Shown here: one piece after another, positions 55,051-64,000 of the stretch | Numbering within the stretch: position 1 is the stretch's first letter | Layout of the letters: each line of letters starts with the position of its first letter | NCBI GenBank assembly: GCA_964351865.1 | Contig: CAYGPJ010000003.1 | Span: forward strand, 73,553-137,552 | Direction of reading: 5' to 3' | Source: an uncultured Blastochloridaceae bacterium | GTDB taxonomy: Bacteria > Verrucomicrobiota > Verrucomicrobiia > Methylacidiphilales > JBCBYL01 | DNA length: 64,000 nucleotides | Position numbers and translations under genes: made by a program | The notes under the pieces: model-generated | Databases searched by the model: none | What the model was told of the DNA's origin: nothing | Seen by the model: only the letters and a program-made list of their open reading frames with translations

Positions 55051-55923
55051 CTATTTGGCTCCAGCGATATTCATTTTCACCGCGTAGACTCCGGTGCGGG
55101 CGGTAGCGTAGAGGGTTTTGTGGTCGGTCCCGCCGAAAGTTATGTTGGCGGGGTTTTCGGGTAGCTCGATTTCAGTCAACGGTTCGCCAGTCGGGCTGTA
55201 GATGGCGATGGTTCCGTCGGTGAGATAGAGATTACCCAGAGCATCCAGCGCCATTCCGTCTGAGCCGCGGTCGATGATCCACTCCGGGGCTCCGATACTG
55301 CCGTCAGTTTTGATGGGAAACTTATAAGTTAGGGATGCCCCGTGATCAGTGATGTAAAGCGTCTTGCCATCCGGGGTGCCAACAATGCCGTTGGGGCGAA
55401 TCATGTCATCCACCAATCGCAAAACCTGTCCGGTATCCGGGTTGAGCAGATAGACGCCTTCGGTTTCCATTTCCATACTGTCGCGTTTCCCGTAACGGGG
55501 ATCGGTGAAATAAATGGTGCCGTTCGGATGAATCCAGAGATCATTCGGACTGTTGAAGCGGGTGCCTTTGAAGTTATCTGCCAAAACGGTGAGGCTGCCG
55601 TCTGCCTCGAGTCGCGATAACTGCCGGTCGCCACCCTGACAGAGATGCAGTCGTCCGGACGAATCAAAAATCAGTCCGTTGGAATTCCCGGAAGGTTCAC
55701 GGAAAATTTTTACGCCTTCGGCGGGCGACCAGCTATGAATGCGATTGTTCGGAATATCACTGAAGTAGAGTCGTCCGTCGGGACCGTAAGCCGGGCCTTC
55801 GGTGAAGCGGAATCCGTCGGCAATTTTCTCGATCTGGAGGGCTTGCGGGGTGATCGGTTCCGGTGAGGAGACCGAGCATCCGGACAGGGTGCTTAAAAGG
55901 ATCAGTAGCGCAGATATTCTCAT
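55051..55923 (-). CDS. SMP-30/gluconolactonase/LRE-family lipoprotein
   Basis: FTEGPAYGPDGRLYFSDIPNNRIH and beta-propeller repeats. I moved the start to ATG 55923 (MRISALLILLSTLSGC lipobox), which overlaps the upstream stop as TGATG. Confidence 0.8.
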   Translation of the reverse strand: MRISALLILLSTLSGCSVSSPEPITPQALQIEKIADGFRFTEGPAYGPDGRLYFSDIPNNRIHSWSPAEGVKIFREPSGNSNGLIFDSSGRLHLCQGGDRQLSRLEADGSLTVLADNFKGTRFNSPNDLWIHPNGTIYFTDPRYGKRDSMEMETEGVYLLNPDTGQVLRLVDDMIRPNGIVGTPDGKTLYITDHGASLTYKFPIKTDGSIGAPEWIIDRGSDGMALDALGNLYLTDGTIAIYSPTGEPLTEIELPENPANITFGGTDHKTLYATARTGVYAVKMNIAGAK

Positions 55924-56900
55924 CAGGAAGGCTCTTTTCGATAATCTTTGAGTCGCCAATAACCGGCCAGAAAGCTGCCGATGATGGAGTGAAAGGTCGC
56001 TGAGATGGCGCAGGGCACCAGCGTCAACGGTTCTGTCGGAAAGTTCAGTCGGGCCAAGCCGGAGGCCAGGCCTGAGTTCTGCATGCCGACTTCGATGCTG
56101 ATGGTGCGGCGGATCTGAACTGGAAAGCCGAGGGCTTTCGCGAATCCGTAACCGAATGCGAAGGCGAAACTGTGCAGCAGGAAGACACCTAACAGTAATT
56201 TGCCGCCGGAATGCAGCGCGGCGTCCGCATTAGCGCCGATGATCGCTGCGCAGATCAGGGTGATGGCGATGACCGCGACCAGTGGAGCGATGGTGGTTAT
56301 TTTTTGTATTCGGTTGGGAAAGAAATGATGGAGTGCAATGCCGATTCCGACCGGCAGCACCACGATTTTGATCATGTTGAGAAACATCTGTGCGGCATCT
56401 ACTTCGACGTAGTGACCGGCCAGCGCCTTGGTCAACAGCGGGGTGAGTGCCACGGCGACTAGGGTGGAGACGCTGGTCATGACGACCGAGAGGGCGACAT
56501 TCGCCTTGGCGATAAAGGTGACGACGTTGGAGGCGGTGCCGCCCGGGCAGCAGGCGGTCAGGATGAGTCCGACGGCGAATGGCGTGGGCAGATCCAGCCC
56601 GCGGGCTAAGGCCCAGCCCAGTAACGGCATGATGATGAATTGTGCGATGACGCCAGCGAGTGCTGCTTTGGGCAGTTTCAACGCTGCTTTAAAATCTTCG
56701 AAGCTCAGCGTGATTCCCATGCCCAGCATAATGATGGCCAGTCCGGGGATGATGTAGGGAATGAACCAGGTGAAAAGGGGCGGATGAATCAGCGCCAGGA
56801 TGGCGCCAAGGGTGACCCAGACGGGAAACGCGTTGGCCAGAAATGTGAGTAGGCGATTCAAGCAAAGAACTTTGAACCACTCATTTACACTAATAAACAC
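55923..56900 (-). CDS. bile acid:sodium symporter (BASS) family transporter
   Basis: ACCPGGTASNV motif and about 9-10 TM segments. Confidence 0.8.
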   Translation of the reverse strand: MFISVNEWFKVLCLNRLLTFLANAFPVWVTLGAILALIHPPLFTWFIPYIIPGLAIIMLGMGITLSFEDFKAALKLPKAALAGVIAQFIIMPLLGWALARGLDLPTPFAVGLILTACCPGGTASNVVTFIAKANVALSVVMTSVSTLVAVALTPLLTKALAGHYVEVDAAQMFLNMIKIVVLPVGIGIALHHFFPNRIQKITTIAPLVAVIAITLICAAIIGANADAALHSGGKLLLGVFLLHSFAFAFGYGFAKALGFPVQIRRTISIEVGMQNSGLASGLARLNFPTEPLTLVPCAISATFHSIIGSFLAGYWRLKDYRKEPS

Positions 56901-57032
56901 TAATATTCGGGAACTGCGGGAACATTTTTACCGGAAGCCGGTCGAACGGCCTTCGGTAAAAATAGAATTTTGGTCGCTATTTTCTTCTTCTCGCTTGCTT
57001 ACTTGTGACATCTCCGGTGTTGTAGATGATCT

Positions 57033-58322
57033 GTGAAAACACTTGGAATAGGACTGGTGGGATGTGGCGTCGTCGGTGGCGGCGTGGTGAATAATCTCAA
57101 GAAAAATGCGGACCTGATTGCATCCCGAACCGGGATTCAGATGCAGGTGCGTAAGGTGGCGGTGCGCGACCTCTCCAAGCCCCGCCCGGTGTCAGCGGAT
57201 TTACTGACCGAATCCTGGCAGGAAGTGGTGTCAGATCCGGAAGTAGACATCGTGGTGGAACTGATGGGGGGGATTGATCAGCCACTTGAAGTGGTGTTGG
57301 CAGCCATCGCAGCCGGCAAGCCGGTAGTCACCGCGAATAAGGCACTCCTGGCTGAGCGGGGAGAAATAATTTTCAGTCAAGCGGCGGAAGCCAAGGTGCC
57401 AGTATTCTTCGAAGCGAGTGTGGCGGGCGGCATTCCGATCGTGAAGGCTCTGAGTGAAGGGCTGCGGGCGAATCGCATTGAGCAACTTCATGGCATTATT
57501 AATGGCACCTGTAATTATATCCTGACTCGAATGGAAGCCGAGAAGTTGGATTTCCAGACGATTCTGGATGAAGCTAAGGCACTCGGTTATGCGGAAGCGG
57601 ATGAGAGTCTGGATGTGGATGGAATCGATGCGGCGCATAAGGCGGCGATTCTGGCGGGTCTGGCTTACGGGTTTGTGGTGCCATTTGAAGATGTTTATGT
57701 GGAAGGGATTCGTGAGATCACACCGCTGGACATGGAGTTTGCCGCCAAAATGGGATACACCATTAAACTGTTGGCGACGATCCGACCGCATGCGGATAAA
57801 CGAGTTGAAGTGCGGGTGAATCCGGCGCTGGTCTCGCGCAGTCACGTGCTGGCCAGTATCAATGGCGTGTTTAATGCCGTGCAGGTGAAGGGTGATGTGG
57901 TAGGCGAGACGCTGTTTTACGGACGCGGCGCGGGTGCGGATCCGACGGCCAGTGCGGTGTTGGCTGATACCATTGAGGCCGCGTTGGGCGTGGCGGGAGC
58001 TAGTTGTCGCACGGCACCAGTTTTCAAGCGCGATGGTGTCACCGTATTGCCGATGGATGAAGTGATCGTGGCCTATTATGCCAGATTGACCGTGCGGAAT
58101 ACACCGGGCGTGTTGGCTCAGGTGGCGGCTATTTTCGGTCAGCATGACATCGGGGTTTCTTCCGTCTTTCAACCGGAAGATCACGTGGATCCGGATGTGC
58201 CGTTGGTCTTTTTGTTAGATAAAGCTAAAGAAGCTGATATGCAGTCGGCGTTAAAAGAAATTAAACAGTTGGATGTGGTGGGAAGCCCGTGCCAACTGAT
58301 TCGGGTGGAGGATTTATCATGA
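57033..58322 (+). CDS. hom: homoserine dehydrogenase
   Basis: GTG start. [30 protein letters not shown] and a C-terminal ACT-like domain. Confidence 0.9.
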   Translation: MKTLGIGLVGCGVVGGGVVNNLKKNADLIASRTGIQMQVRKVAVRDLSKPRPVSADLLTESWQEVVSDPEVDIVVELMGGIDQPLEVVLAAIAAGKPVVTANKALLAERGEIIFSQAAEAKVPVFFEASVAGGIPIVKALSEGLRANRIEQLHGIINGTCNYILTRMEAEKLDFQTILDEAKALGYAEADESLDVDGIDAAHKAAILAGLAYGFVVPFEDVYVEGIREITPLDMEFAAKMGYTIKLLATIRPHADKRVEVRVNPALVSRSHVLASINGVFNAVQVKGDVVGETLFYGRGAGADPTASAVLADTIEAALGVAGASCRTAPVFKRDGVTVLPMDEVIVAYYARLTVRNTPGVLAQVAAIFGQHDIGVSSVFQPEDHVDPDVPLVFLLDKAKEADMQSALKEIKQLDVVGSPCQLIRVEDLS

Positions 58323-59395
58323 AAAATGTGAATGGTGGATGGCCTGGCGTTGTAGAACGCTATCGTGAATTTTTACCGGTAACGGATTCGACCCCGGTAG
58401 TGACGTTGCTGGAAGGCAACACCCCGTTGATTCCCGTGCCGCAACTGGCGGATGCATTGGGGGGCGGGTTTGAATTATATCTTAAGTATGAAGCCATGAA
58501 TCCGACCTGTTCGTTTAAAGATCGCGGCATGACGATGGCGATGACCAAGGCGAAAGAGCGCGGTGCGCGGGTGGTGGTCTGCGCCAGCACCGGCAATACC
58601 TCAGCTGCTGCCGCAGCGTATGCGACGCGTGGCGGGATGAAGGCGGTCGTCATTCTGCCCCACGGGAAAATTGCCATGGGTAAACTGGCGCAAGCGCTGG
58701 CGTATGGCGCCAAAATCATCGCGATCGATGGAAACTTTGATGAAGCCTTGAATTTAGTGCGTGCGCTGGGTGAGCGCGACGATGTGGAAGTGGTTAATTC
58801 GATTAATCCATATCGGATTGAAGGCCAGAAAACGGCGTCGTTTGAGATATGTGATGTTTTGGGGCGCGCCCCGGATTTTCATTTTATTCCGGTCGGTAAT
58901 GCGGGAAACATCACCGCATACTGGAAAGGTTTCAAAGAATATCATGCTAAGGGTGAGATTGCATCCCTGCCGAAGATGATGGGATGGCAGGCCGCAGGCT
59001 CGGCTCCGATCGTTGACCGTAAAGTGATCGAGCAACCGGAAACGGTCGCCACCGCGATCCGTATCGGTAACCCGGCCAGTTGGAAACAGGCTGAAAACGC
59101 AGCTGAGGAATCCGGGGGGCTGATCGACAAGGTAACTGACGAAGAAATTCTGGAAGCTTATCGGATGGTCGCGGCGCATGAGGGAGTCTTTGTGGAACCG
59201 GCTTGTGCCGCACCGCTGGCGGGACTTAAAAAAGCTGTGGAGCGCGGATTGATTCCCAAAGGTTCTGTCATTACCGCCACGATGACCGGTCATGGATTGA
59301 AGGATCCGGATACTGCCATCAGTCAGGCCGGACAGGATCTCACACCGGTCAAGGCAGATGTGGATTCGGTGTTACGCGCGATTGATCAGCAGTAG
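58319..59395 (+). CDS. thrC: threonine synthase
   Basis: PLP-lysine motif [12 protein letters not shown] and [15 protein letters not shown] moved the start to ATG 58319, which forms an ATGA overlap with hom. Confidence 0.9.
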   Translation: MKNVNGGWPGVVERYREFLPVTDSTPVVTLLEGNTPLIPVPQLADALGGGFELYLKYEAMNPTCSFKDRGMTMAMTKAKERGARVVVCASTGNTSAAAAAYATRGGMKAVVILPHGKIAMGKLAQALAYGAKIIAIDGNFDEALNLVRALGERDDVEVVNSINPYRIEGQKTASFEICDVLGRAPDFHFIPVGNAGNITAYWKGFKEYHAKGEIASLPKMMGWQAAGSAPIVDRKVIEQPETVATAIRIGNPASWKQAENAAEESGGLIDKVTDEEILEAYRMVAAHEGVFVEPACAAPLAGLKKAVERGLIPKGSVITATMTGHGLKDPDTAISQAGQDLTPVKADVDSVLRAIDQQ

Positions 59396-59428
59396 TCAGA
59401 TAGATCTAAGTTCATCACTGAAGATATT

Positions 59429-60211
59429 ATGGCATCTCTTATTCCCGGATTGGTTTCGATTACCTTTCGGGATCTGCAACCTCGAGAAATTGTAGACTTG
59501 TGCCAACAAGCCGAGTTGAAAGCGATTGAGTGGGGAGGAGACCTGCATGTTCCGCATGGTGATCTGGCGAGCGCAGAATCAGTGGCTGCCATGACCGCTG
59601 AGGCAAGCATGGTGACGTCAGCTTATGGCTCGTATTATCGTGCCGGCACCAGTGAGCATGACGGGCTGGCCTTCGAGACGGTACTGGAGACGGCGCAACA
59701 TCTTCAGACGGATTGCATCCGGGTCTGGGCGGGGAATCGCGCTTCAACAGTGGCCGATGCCTCTTATCGCAAATGGGTGGTCGAAGAGCTTCAGCGCATC
59801 TGTGAAATTGCCCAAGCAGCAGGTATACGAATTACTCTGGAATATCACGTGGGAACGTTGACCGACACGCATACCTCGGCGCGACAGTTACTGGATGAGG
59901 TCGCGCATTCGAATTGCCGCACCCTATGGCAGCCGCTACTGGGGAGTGATTTTGTCAGTAACCTGGAAGGGCTCAAGTCGGTATTGCCTGAGTTATCTGG
60001 GCTGCATGTCTTCCACTCGGGCAAAAAGCCGTCGGAACGGTATGTTCTGGCAGATGGGGAGGATCATTGGTTAAATTATCTCGAACTGGCGAGTGATAGT
60101 GAGTATGGTGTTTGCGCTTTGCTGGAGTTTGTAAAGGATAACACGCCAGCGCAGTTCCTGCAGGACGCGGAAGTTCTGCGGCAATGGATCTGTCAGATAG
60201 ATCAGAAATGA
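59429..60211 (+). CDS. xylose-isomerase-like TIM-barrel protein
   Basis: IEWGGDLH, ITLEYHVGTLTD and ALLEFV blocks, 260 aa. Confidence 0.7.
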   Translation: MASLIPGLVSITFRDLQPREIVDLCQQAELKAIEWGGDLHVPHGDLASAESVAAMTAEASMVTSAYGSYYRAGTSEHDGLAFETVLETAQHLQTDCIRVWAGNRASTVADASYRKWVVEELQRICEIAQAAGIRITLEYHVGTLTDTHTSARQLLDEVAHSNCRTLWQPLLGSDFVSNLEGLKSVLPELSGLHVFHSGKKPSERYVLADGEDHWLNYLELASDSEYGVCALLEFVKDNTPAQFLQDAEVLRQWICQIDQK

Positions 60212-60309
60212 TGCTCGGGTGGCATATTTCCTGCGGCAAAAAATAGTGCTTAAACCGCTGCTCGAATCGCGCTATGGTAAGTTCAAGGTTATTGAAATAA
60301 CGAATCATT

Positions 60310-61749
60310 ATGGAATTTAAAGATTATCAACTAGAAACATTTTTTGATGAAATGTTCGAAACGCCGGACCAGGTGCGGCCGCATTACCGTCATTTATTCG
60401 AGCGGTTTAAAGAGCTGAGCGAACGTGAGTTTCACGACAAGCGGCAGGCCGTGGATTTATCCTTCCTACGGATGGGCATTACCTTCACGGTGTACGGGGA
60501 CGAAAAAGGAACCGAGCGTATTTTCCCTTTCGATATGGTGCCGCGGATTATTCCGAATAAGGAGTGGGAGACGATTGAAAAAGGTCTCGAACAGCGGATC
60601 ACTGCGCTGAACATGTTTCTGCACGATCTCTATCATGATCAGAAAATTCTCAAGGACGGGGTGATCCCCGCTCATTACATTCATTCAGGGAAACACTTTC
60701 GTCCGGAATTTATGGGCATTGATGTGCCTAAGAACATTTACATTCATATCTGTGGAACCGACCTGATCCGGGATAATGATGGTCAGTATCTGGTGCTGGA
60801 AGACAACGCCCGTTGTCCCTCCGGAGTCTCGTATGTTTTGGAAAACCGGCAGGCGATGAAGCGTGCCTTTCCGCATTTCTTTGATCGGATGGCGGTGCGT
60901 CCGATTGATACGTATGCAGAGGATTTGCTGCAGACGCTCAGGCACGTCTCGCCGCAGGGGAAAGCGAATCCACGTGTCGCGGTGCTGACGCCGGGGATTT
61001 ATAACAGCGCGTATTTCGAGCACTGCTTTTTAGCCAAGGAAATGGGAGTGGAAATCGTCGAAGGGCAGGATCTGCTGGTGCGCGATCAGAAGGTTTATAT
61101 GCGCACGACCGAGGGGTTGGAGCAAGTTGATGTGATTTACCGACGGATCGATGATGACTTTATTGATCCGGTCACCTTCCGTCGTGATTCTTTACTGGGA
61201 GTTCCCGGATTGGTGAATGCTTACCGGGCAGGAAATGTCAGTCTGGCCAACTCAATCGGAACGGGGATCGCAGACGATAAATTGATGTATTACTTTGTGC
61301 CGCGGATGATTAAATATTATCTGGATCAGGATCCGATCCTGCCGAATGTCGATACGTATCTCCCCACGGAAGAGGATGATATGAAATATATCATGGAACA
61401 TCTGCCGGAACTGGTGGTGAAGGCGGCGAATGAAGCCGGTGGGTATGGTATGTTGATCGGGCCTAAAGCGACCAAAGAAGAAATTGAAGATTTCCGCGCC
61501 AAGATTAAGGCCGAACCTCGTAACTTTATTGCGCAGCCGACGATCTCACTGTCCCGTCACCCCACTTACTGTGACAAGGAATTCGGGGGGCGTCACGTCG
61601 ACCTGCGTCCATATATTCTCTACGGAGATAAGATTCGGATCATGCCTGGTGGGTTAACGCGAGTGGCACTCAAAAAGGGTTCACTTGTCGTCAATTCATC
61701 ACAAGGTGGCGGCAGTAAAGACACCTGGGTACTCTATGGAGATGAGTAG
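60310..61749 (+). CDS. circularly permuted type-2 ATP-grasp protein (COG2308-like)
   Basis: 479 aa with characteristic blocks [40 protein letters not shown] and [10 protein letters not shown]. Confidence 0.85.
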   Translation: MEFKDYQLETFFDEMFETPDQVRPHYRHLFERFKELSEREFHDKRQAVDLSFLRMGITFTVYGDEKGTERIFPFDMVPRIIPNKEWETIEKGLEQRITALNMFLHDLYHDQKILKDGVIPAHYIHSGKHFRPEFMGIDVPKNIYIHICGTDLIRDNDGQYLVLEDNARCPSGVSYVLENRQAMKRAFPHFFDRMAVRPIDTYAEDLLQTLRHVSPQGKANPRVAVLTPGIYNSAYFEHCFLAKEMGVEIVEGQDLLVRDQKVYMRTTEGLEQVDVIYRRIDDDFIDPVTFRRDSLLGVPGLVNAYRAGNVSLANSIGTGIADDKLMYYFVPRMIKYYLDQDPILPNVDTYLPTEEDDMKYIMEHLPELVVKAANEAGGYGMLIGPKATKEEIEDFRAKIKAEPRNFIAQPTISLSRHPTYCDKEFGGRHVDLRPYILYGDKIRIMPGGLTRVALKKGSLVVNSSQGGGSKDTWVLYGDE

Positions 61750-61791
61750 AGCTGACTCCAAAAATCAAATATCTAAATTCGAAATAAAATT

Positions 61792-62811
61792 ATGTTAAGT
61801 CGAAACGCAGACTCACTGCTCTGGATGAGCCGTTACATTGAACGGGCGGAAAATATTGCCCGTATCGTGGATGTTAATTTACAGATGCTGCTGGATTACC
61901 AGCGGCTGGATGATCACCAACTGGGGCAGCACTGGGAGCCGTTGGTTTTGAGTTTAGGCGAAGAGGAGCTGTTTGAAGAGCTTTACGATAAGGCCGATAG
62001 TACGACGGTTACCGAGTTCCTTACGTTTGATGAGAGAAATCCGAATTGCATTATCAACTGTGTGGATGCCGCCAGAGAAAATGCCCGCAGTATCCGCGAT
62101 CAGATTTCCGATGAAATGTGGGAAGAGATCAATCGGTTATACCTCTTTCTGCATTCACCGGCCGCTCGCGAGGTTTGGCGCAAAACGCCGACGGAATTCT
62201 ACAAGGAAATGAAGCAATGTTCCTACCTGTTCCAAGGTTTGACGAATGCGACACTCGTGCATGATGAAGGTCGCGATTTTACGCAGATCGGTCGCTTCAT
62301 GGAGCGCGCGGATAAGACGAGCCGCTTGCTGGATGTAAAATACCATATTCTGTTGCCCGCGGGGGATGAAGTGGGAGGAACGATTGATTCGGTGCAATGG
62401 GCGGCGGTGTTGCGGTGTTGTTCGGCCTTTGAGGGGTATCAGGATCATTATGGATTTGATATTAAGCCCATGCAGGTCTCGGAATATTTAATCTTTGCTG
62501 AATCCTTTCCGCGCTCGATTCGATTTTGTCTCAGGACGTTGGATGCCTCTTTACGGCGCCTCTCTGGCAGTCCGGCCGGACATTTCAGTAATGATGCTGA
62601 AAAACTGACGGGGCGCTTACTTTCCGAGATTAACTACAGTACGATGGATGACATCTACGCGATCGGGCTGCATCAGTATCTGGATAAATTGCAACTCCAG
62701 CTCAATGACATCGGAGAAAAGTTCTACCAGTCGTACAATGCTGTTCCGGCAGGTGATTTAGAGGAAGAAATTGAGTTACAGTTGGTGCAGCAGCAGCAAA
62801 TCCAGCAATAA
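61792..62811 (+). CDS. alpha-E domain protein (COG2307-like)
   Basis: MLSRNADSLLWMSRYIERAENIARIVDV N-terminus and FMERADKTSRLLDVKYH, 339 aa with a Q-rich tail. Confidence 0.85.
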   Translation: MLSRNADSLLWMSRYIERAENIARIVDVNLQMLLDYQRLDDHQLGQHWEPLVLSLGEEELFEELYDKADSTTVTEFLTFDERNPNCIINCVDAARENARSIRDQISDEMWEEINRLYLFLHSPAAREVWRKTPTEFYKEMKQCSYLFQGLTNATLVHDEGRDFTQIGRFMERADKTSRLLDVKYHILLPAGDEVGGTIDSVQWAAVLRCCSAFEGYQDHYGFDIKPMQVSEYLIFAESFPRSIRFCLRTLDASLRRLSGSPAGHFSNDAEKLTGRLLSEINYSTMDDIYAIGLHQYLDKLQLQLNDIGEKFYQSYNAVPAGDLEEEIELQLVQQQQIQQ

Positions 62812-62857
62812 GCGGTTTTTGCTACACATTTAGAGTGTTTCCGCTAAGACGGATGCC

Positions 62858-63790
62858 ATGCCTCGTACATTAATCACCGGCGCCGCCGGATTTTTAGGAT
62901 CGCATCTTGCTGATAAGTGTTTGGCCGCTGGCCATGATGTGATCGGAATGGACAACTTCCTGACCGGCAACATGGAAAATCTCGAGCATCTGGCTGGTAA
63001 TGATAAGTTCCATTTTATCAAGCAGGATGTCACGGAATACATCTATGTGCAGGGAGAATTAGATTATATCTTCCACTTCGCTTCCCCAGCGAGTCCGATC
63101 GATTATCTCGAAAAACCGATCCAGACGATGAAAGTTGGATCACTGGGAACTCACAAGACACTGGGATTAGCGAAAGAAAAAGGAGCTGCCTTTCTTTTAG
63201 CATCGACTTCTGAATGTTACGGCGATCCGGAAGTGCATCCACAGAAAGAAGATTACTGGGGGCATGTCAACCCGATCGGACCGCGCGGCGTGTATGATGA
63301 GGCGAAGCGTTTTGCGGAAGCATTGACGATGGCTTATCATCGTTATCACGGCGTCAATGCCCACATTGTTCGCATTTTTAACACCTATGGTCCGCGCATG
63401 CGACTGCGGGACGGGCGAGTCGTTCCGGCTTTTATCGGTCAGGCCTTGCAGGGCCAGCCGTTGAGTATTTTCGGCGACGGATCTCAGACCAGAAGCTTCT
63501 GTTATGTTTCCGACCTGATTGACGGCATTTTCCGGCTTTCGCAGTCCGATTACCATGAGCCGGTCAATATTGGGAACCCGGGTGAAATGACCATCAAGCA
63601 ATTTGCTGAAAAAATTCAGGAGATCATGCAATCGGATTCACCGATCGAGTATCACGATCTGCCAGTGGATGACCCGAAGCAGCGCAAGCCGGACATTTCG
63701 CTTGCTAAGAAGTTGCTGGGTTGGGAGCCAAAGGTTTCGCTGGATGAAGGACTTCGTTCCACTATCGAATATTTCAAAGGTAAAGTCTAG
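62858..63790 (+). CDS. UDP-glucuronate decarboxylase (UDP-xylose synthase-type SDR)
   Basis: [51 protein letters not shown] and [10 protein letters not shown]. Confidence 0.9.
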   Translation: MPRTLITGAAGFLGSHLADKCLAAGHDVIGMDNFLTGNMENLEHLAGNDKFHFIKQDVTEYIYVQGELDYIFHFASPASPIDYLEKPIQTMKVGSLGTHKTLGLAKEKGAAFLLASTSECYGDPEVHPQKEDYWGHVNPIGPRGVYDEAKRFAEALTMAYHRYHGVNAHIVRIFNTYGPRMRLRDGRVVPAFIGQALQGQPLSIFGDGSQTRSFCYVSDLIDGIFRLSQSDYHEPVNIGNPGEMTIKQFAEKIQEIMQSDSPIEYHDLPVDDPKQRKPDISLAKKLLGWEPKVSLDEGLRSTIEYFKGKV

Positions 63791-63817
63791 CGGCTGAAAG
63801 CTCTGCAATCTGTGTAC

Positions 63818-64000
63818 GTGCGATTTAAAAACCTGTTTCTGCTGATGGCGGTGGCGGTCTGCTTGCCGGGAAGTCTTTCGGCGCAGCAGGAAAATCCGGC
63901 AGATGAGCGCTACCGGAGTTCCTTGCTCTTCGCGCGGGTGCTTGAAATGGTGCGGGATGACTATGTGGATGCTTCAGGAATTGATTATGATCAACTGACT
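63818..64000 (+). CDS. S41 C-terminal processing peptidase, N-terminal fragment (runs off right edge)
   Basis: My translation is VRFKNLFLLMAVAVCLPGSLSAQQ... (signal), then LLFARVLEMVRDDYVD, typical of S41 N-termini. The start is one of GTG 63812, GTG 63818 or ATG 63845. Confidence 0.55.
   Translation, partial: MRFKNLFLLMAVAVCLPGSLSAQQENPADERYRSSLLFARVLEMVRDDYVDASGIDYDQLT

Noticed and set aside
56925-56962. A/T-flanked hairpin upstream of hom-thrC as a threonine attenuator or riboswitch
   Set aside because: I found no leader peptide with Thr/Ile codon runs and no alternative antiterminator pairing. The hairpin lies in a divergent promoter region and its arms contain mismatches. I cannot support it as a regulatory call.
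57231-58184. 317-aa minus-strand ORF inside hom
   Set aside because: It is antisense to a well-supported homoserine dehydrogenase. Its composition is His/Arg-rich, and it has no motifs and no plausible start context.

Overview
This is a 64-kb chromosomal segment. Its gene content looks like a polysaccharide-degrading bacterium of the Planctomycetota-Verrucomicrobiota-Chlamydiota (PVC) group, either Verrucomicrobiota- or Planctomycetota-like. That is an inference from Cys-type sulfatases, seven Gfo/Idh/MocA oxidoreductases (three with Tat signals), DUF1080, DUF1573, ThuA and a MoxR/VWA Bat operon. I call about 62 protein-coding genes, 2 tRNAs (Ser-UGA, Gly-GCC), no rRNA and no CRISPR. All family assignments come from motifs read by eye in the translations; no searches were run.

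Layout:
- 1-6975: secreted esterase, GH2 and two sulfatases.
- 7.1-8.0 kb: tRNA-Ser inside a decayed tandem array.
- 10.0-10.6 kb: an IS200/RAYT-type Y1 transposase unit next to dinB.
- 15.4-23.8 kb: eight-gene MoxR-DUF58-BatA/B/C/D/E operon.
- 23.8-44.9 kb: a large block of oxidoreductase, TIM-barrel, DUF1080 and ThuA genes with ROK and AraC regulators, interrupted by a DUF1573-rhodanese-MauE trio.
- 44.9-48.1 kb: an AT-richer islet at tRNA-Gly with hipBA flanked by two GIY-YIG genes.
- 48-64 kb: mostly housekeeping (galU, GHMP kinase, rhaM-like, LOG, rlmH, dcd, mgtE, hom-thrC, UDP-glucuronate decarboxylase) plus an ATP-grasp/alpha-E pair.

Most worth a second look:
1. An apparently periplasmic, NAD-dependent oxidative (3-keto-type) glycoside-processing supercluster.
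2. Both tRNA genes are followed by structured tandem repeats that re-copy the tRNA 3' end. The tRNA-Gly repeats carry one compensatory stem change.
3. The hipBA/GIY-YIG islet, including a GIY-YIG copy with an in-frame TGA that is absent from the ORF track.
4. REP/BIME-like palindromes with GTAG heads alongside a RAYT-like gene.
5. The envelope Cys-motif trio DUF1573-rhodanese-MauE.
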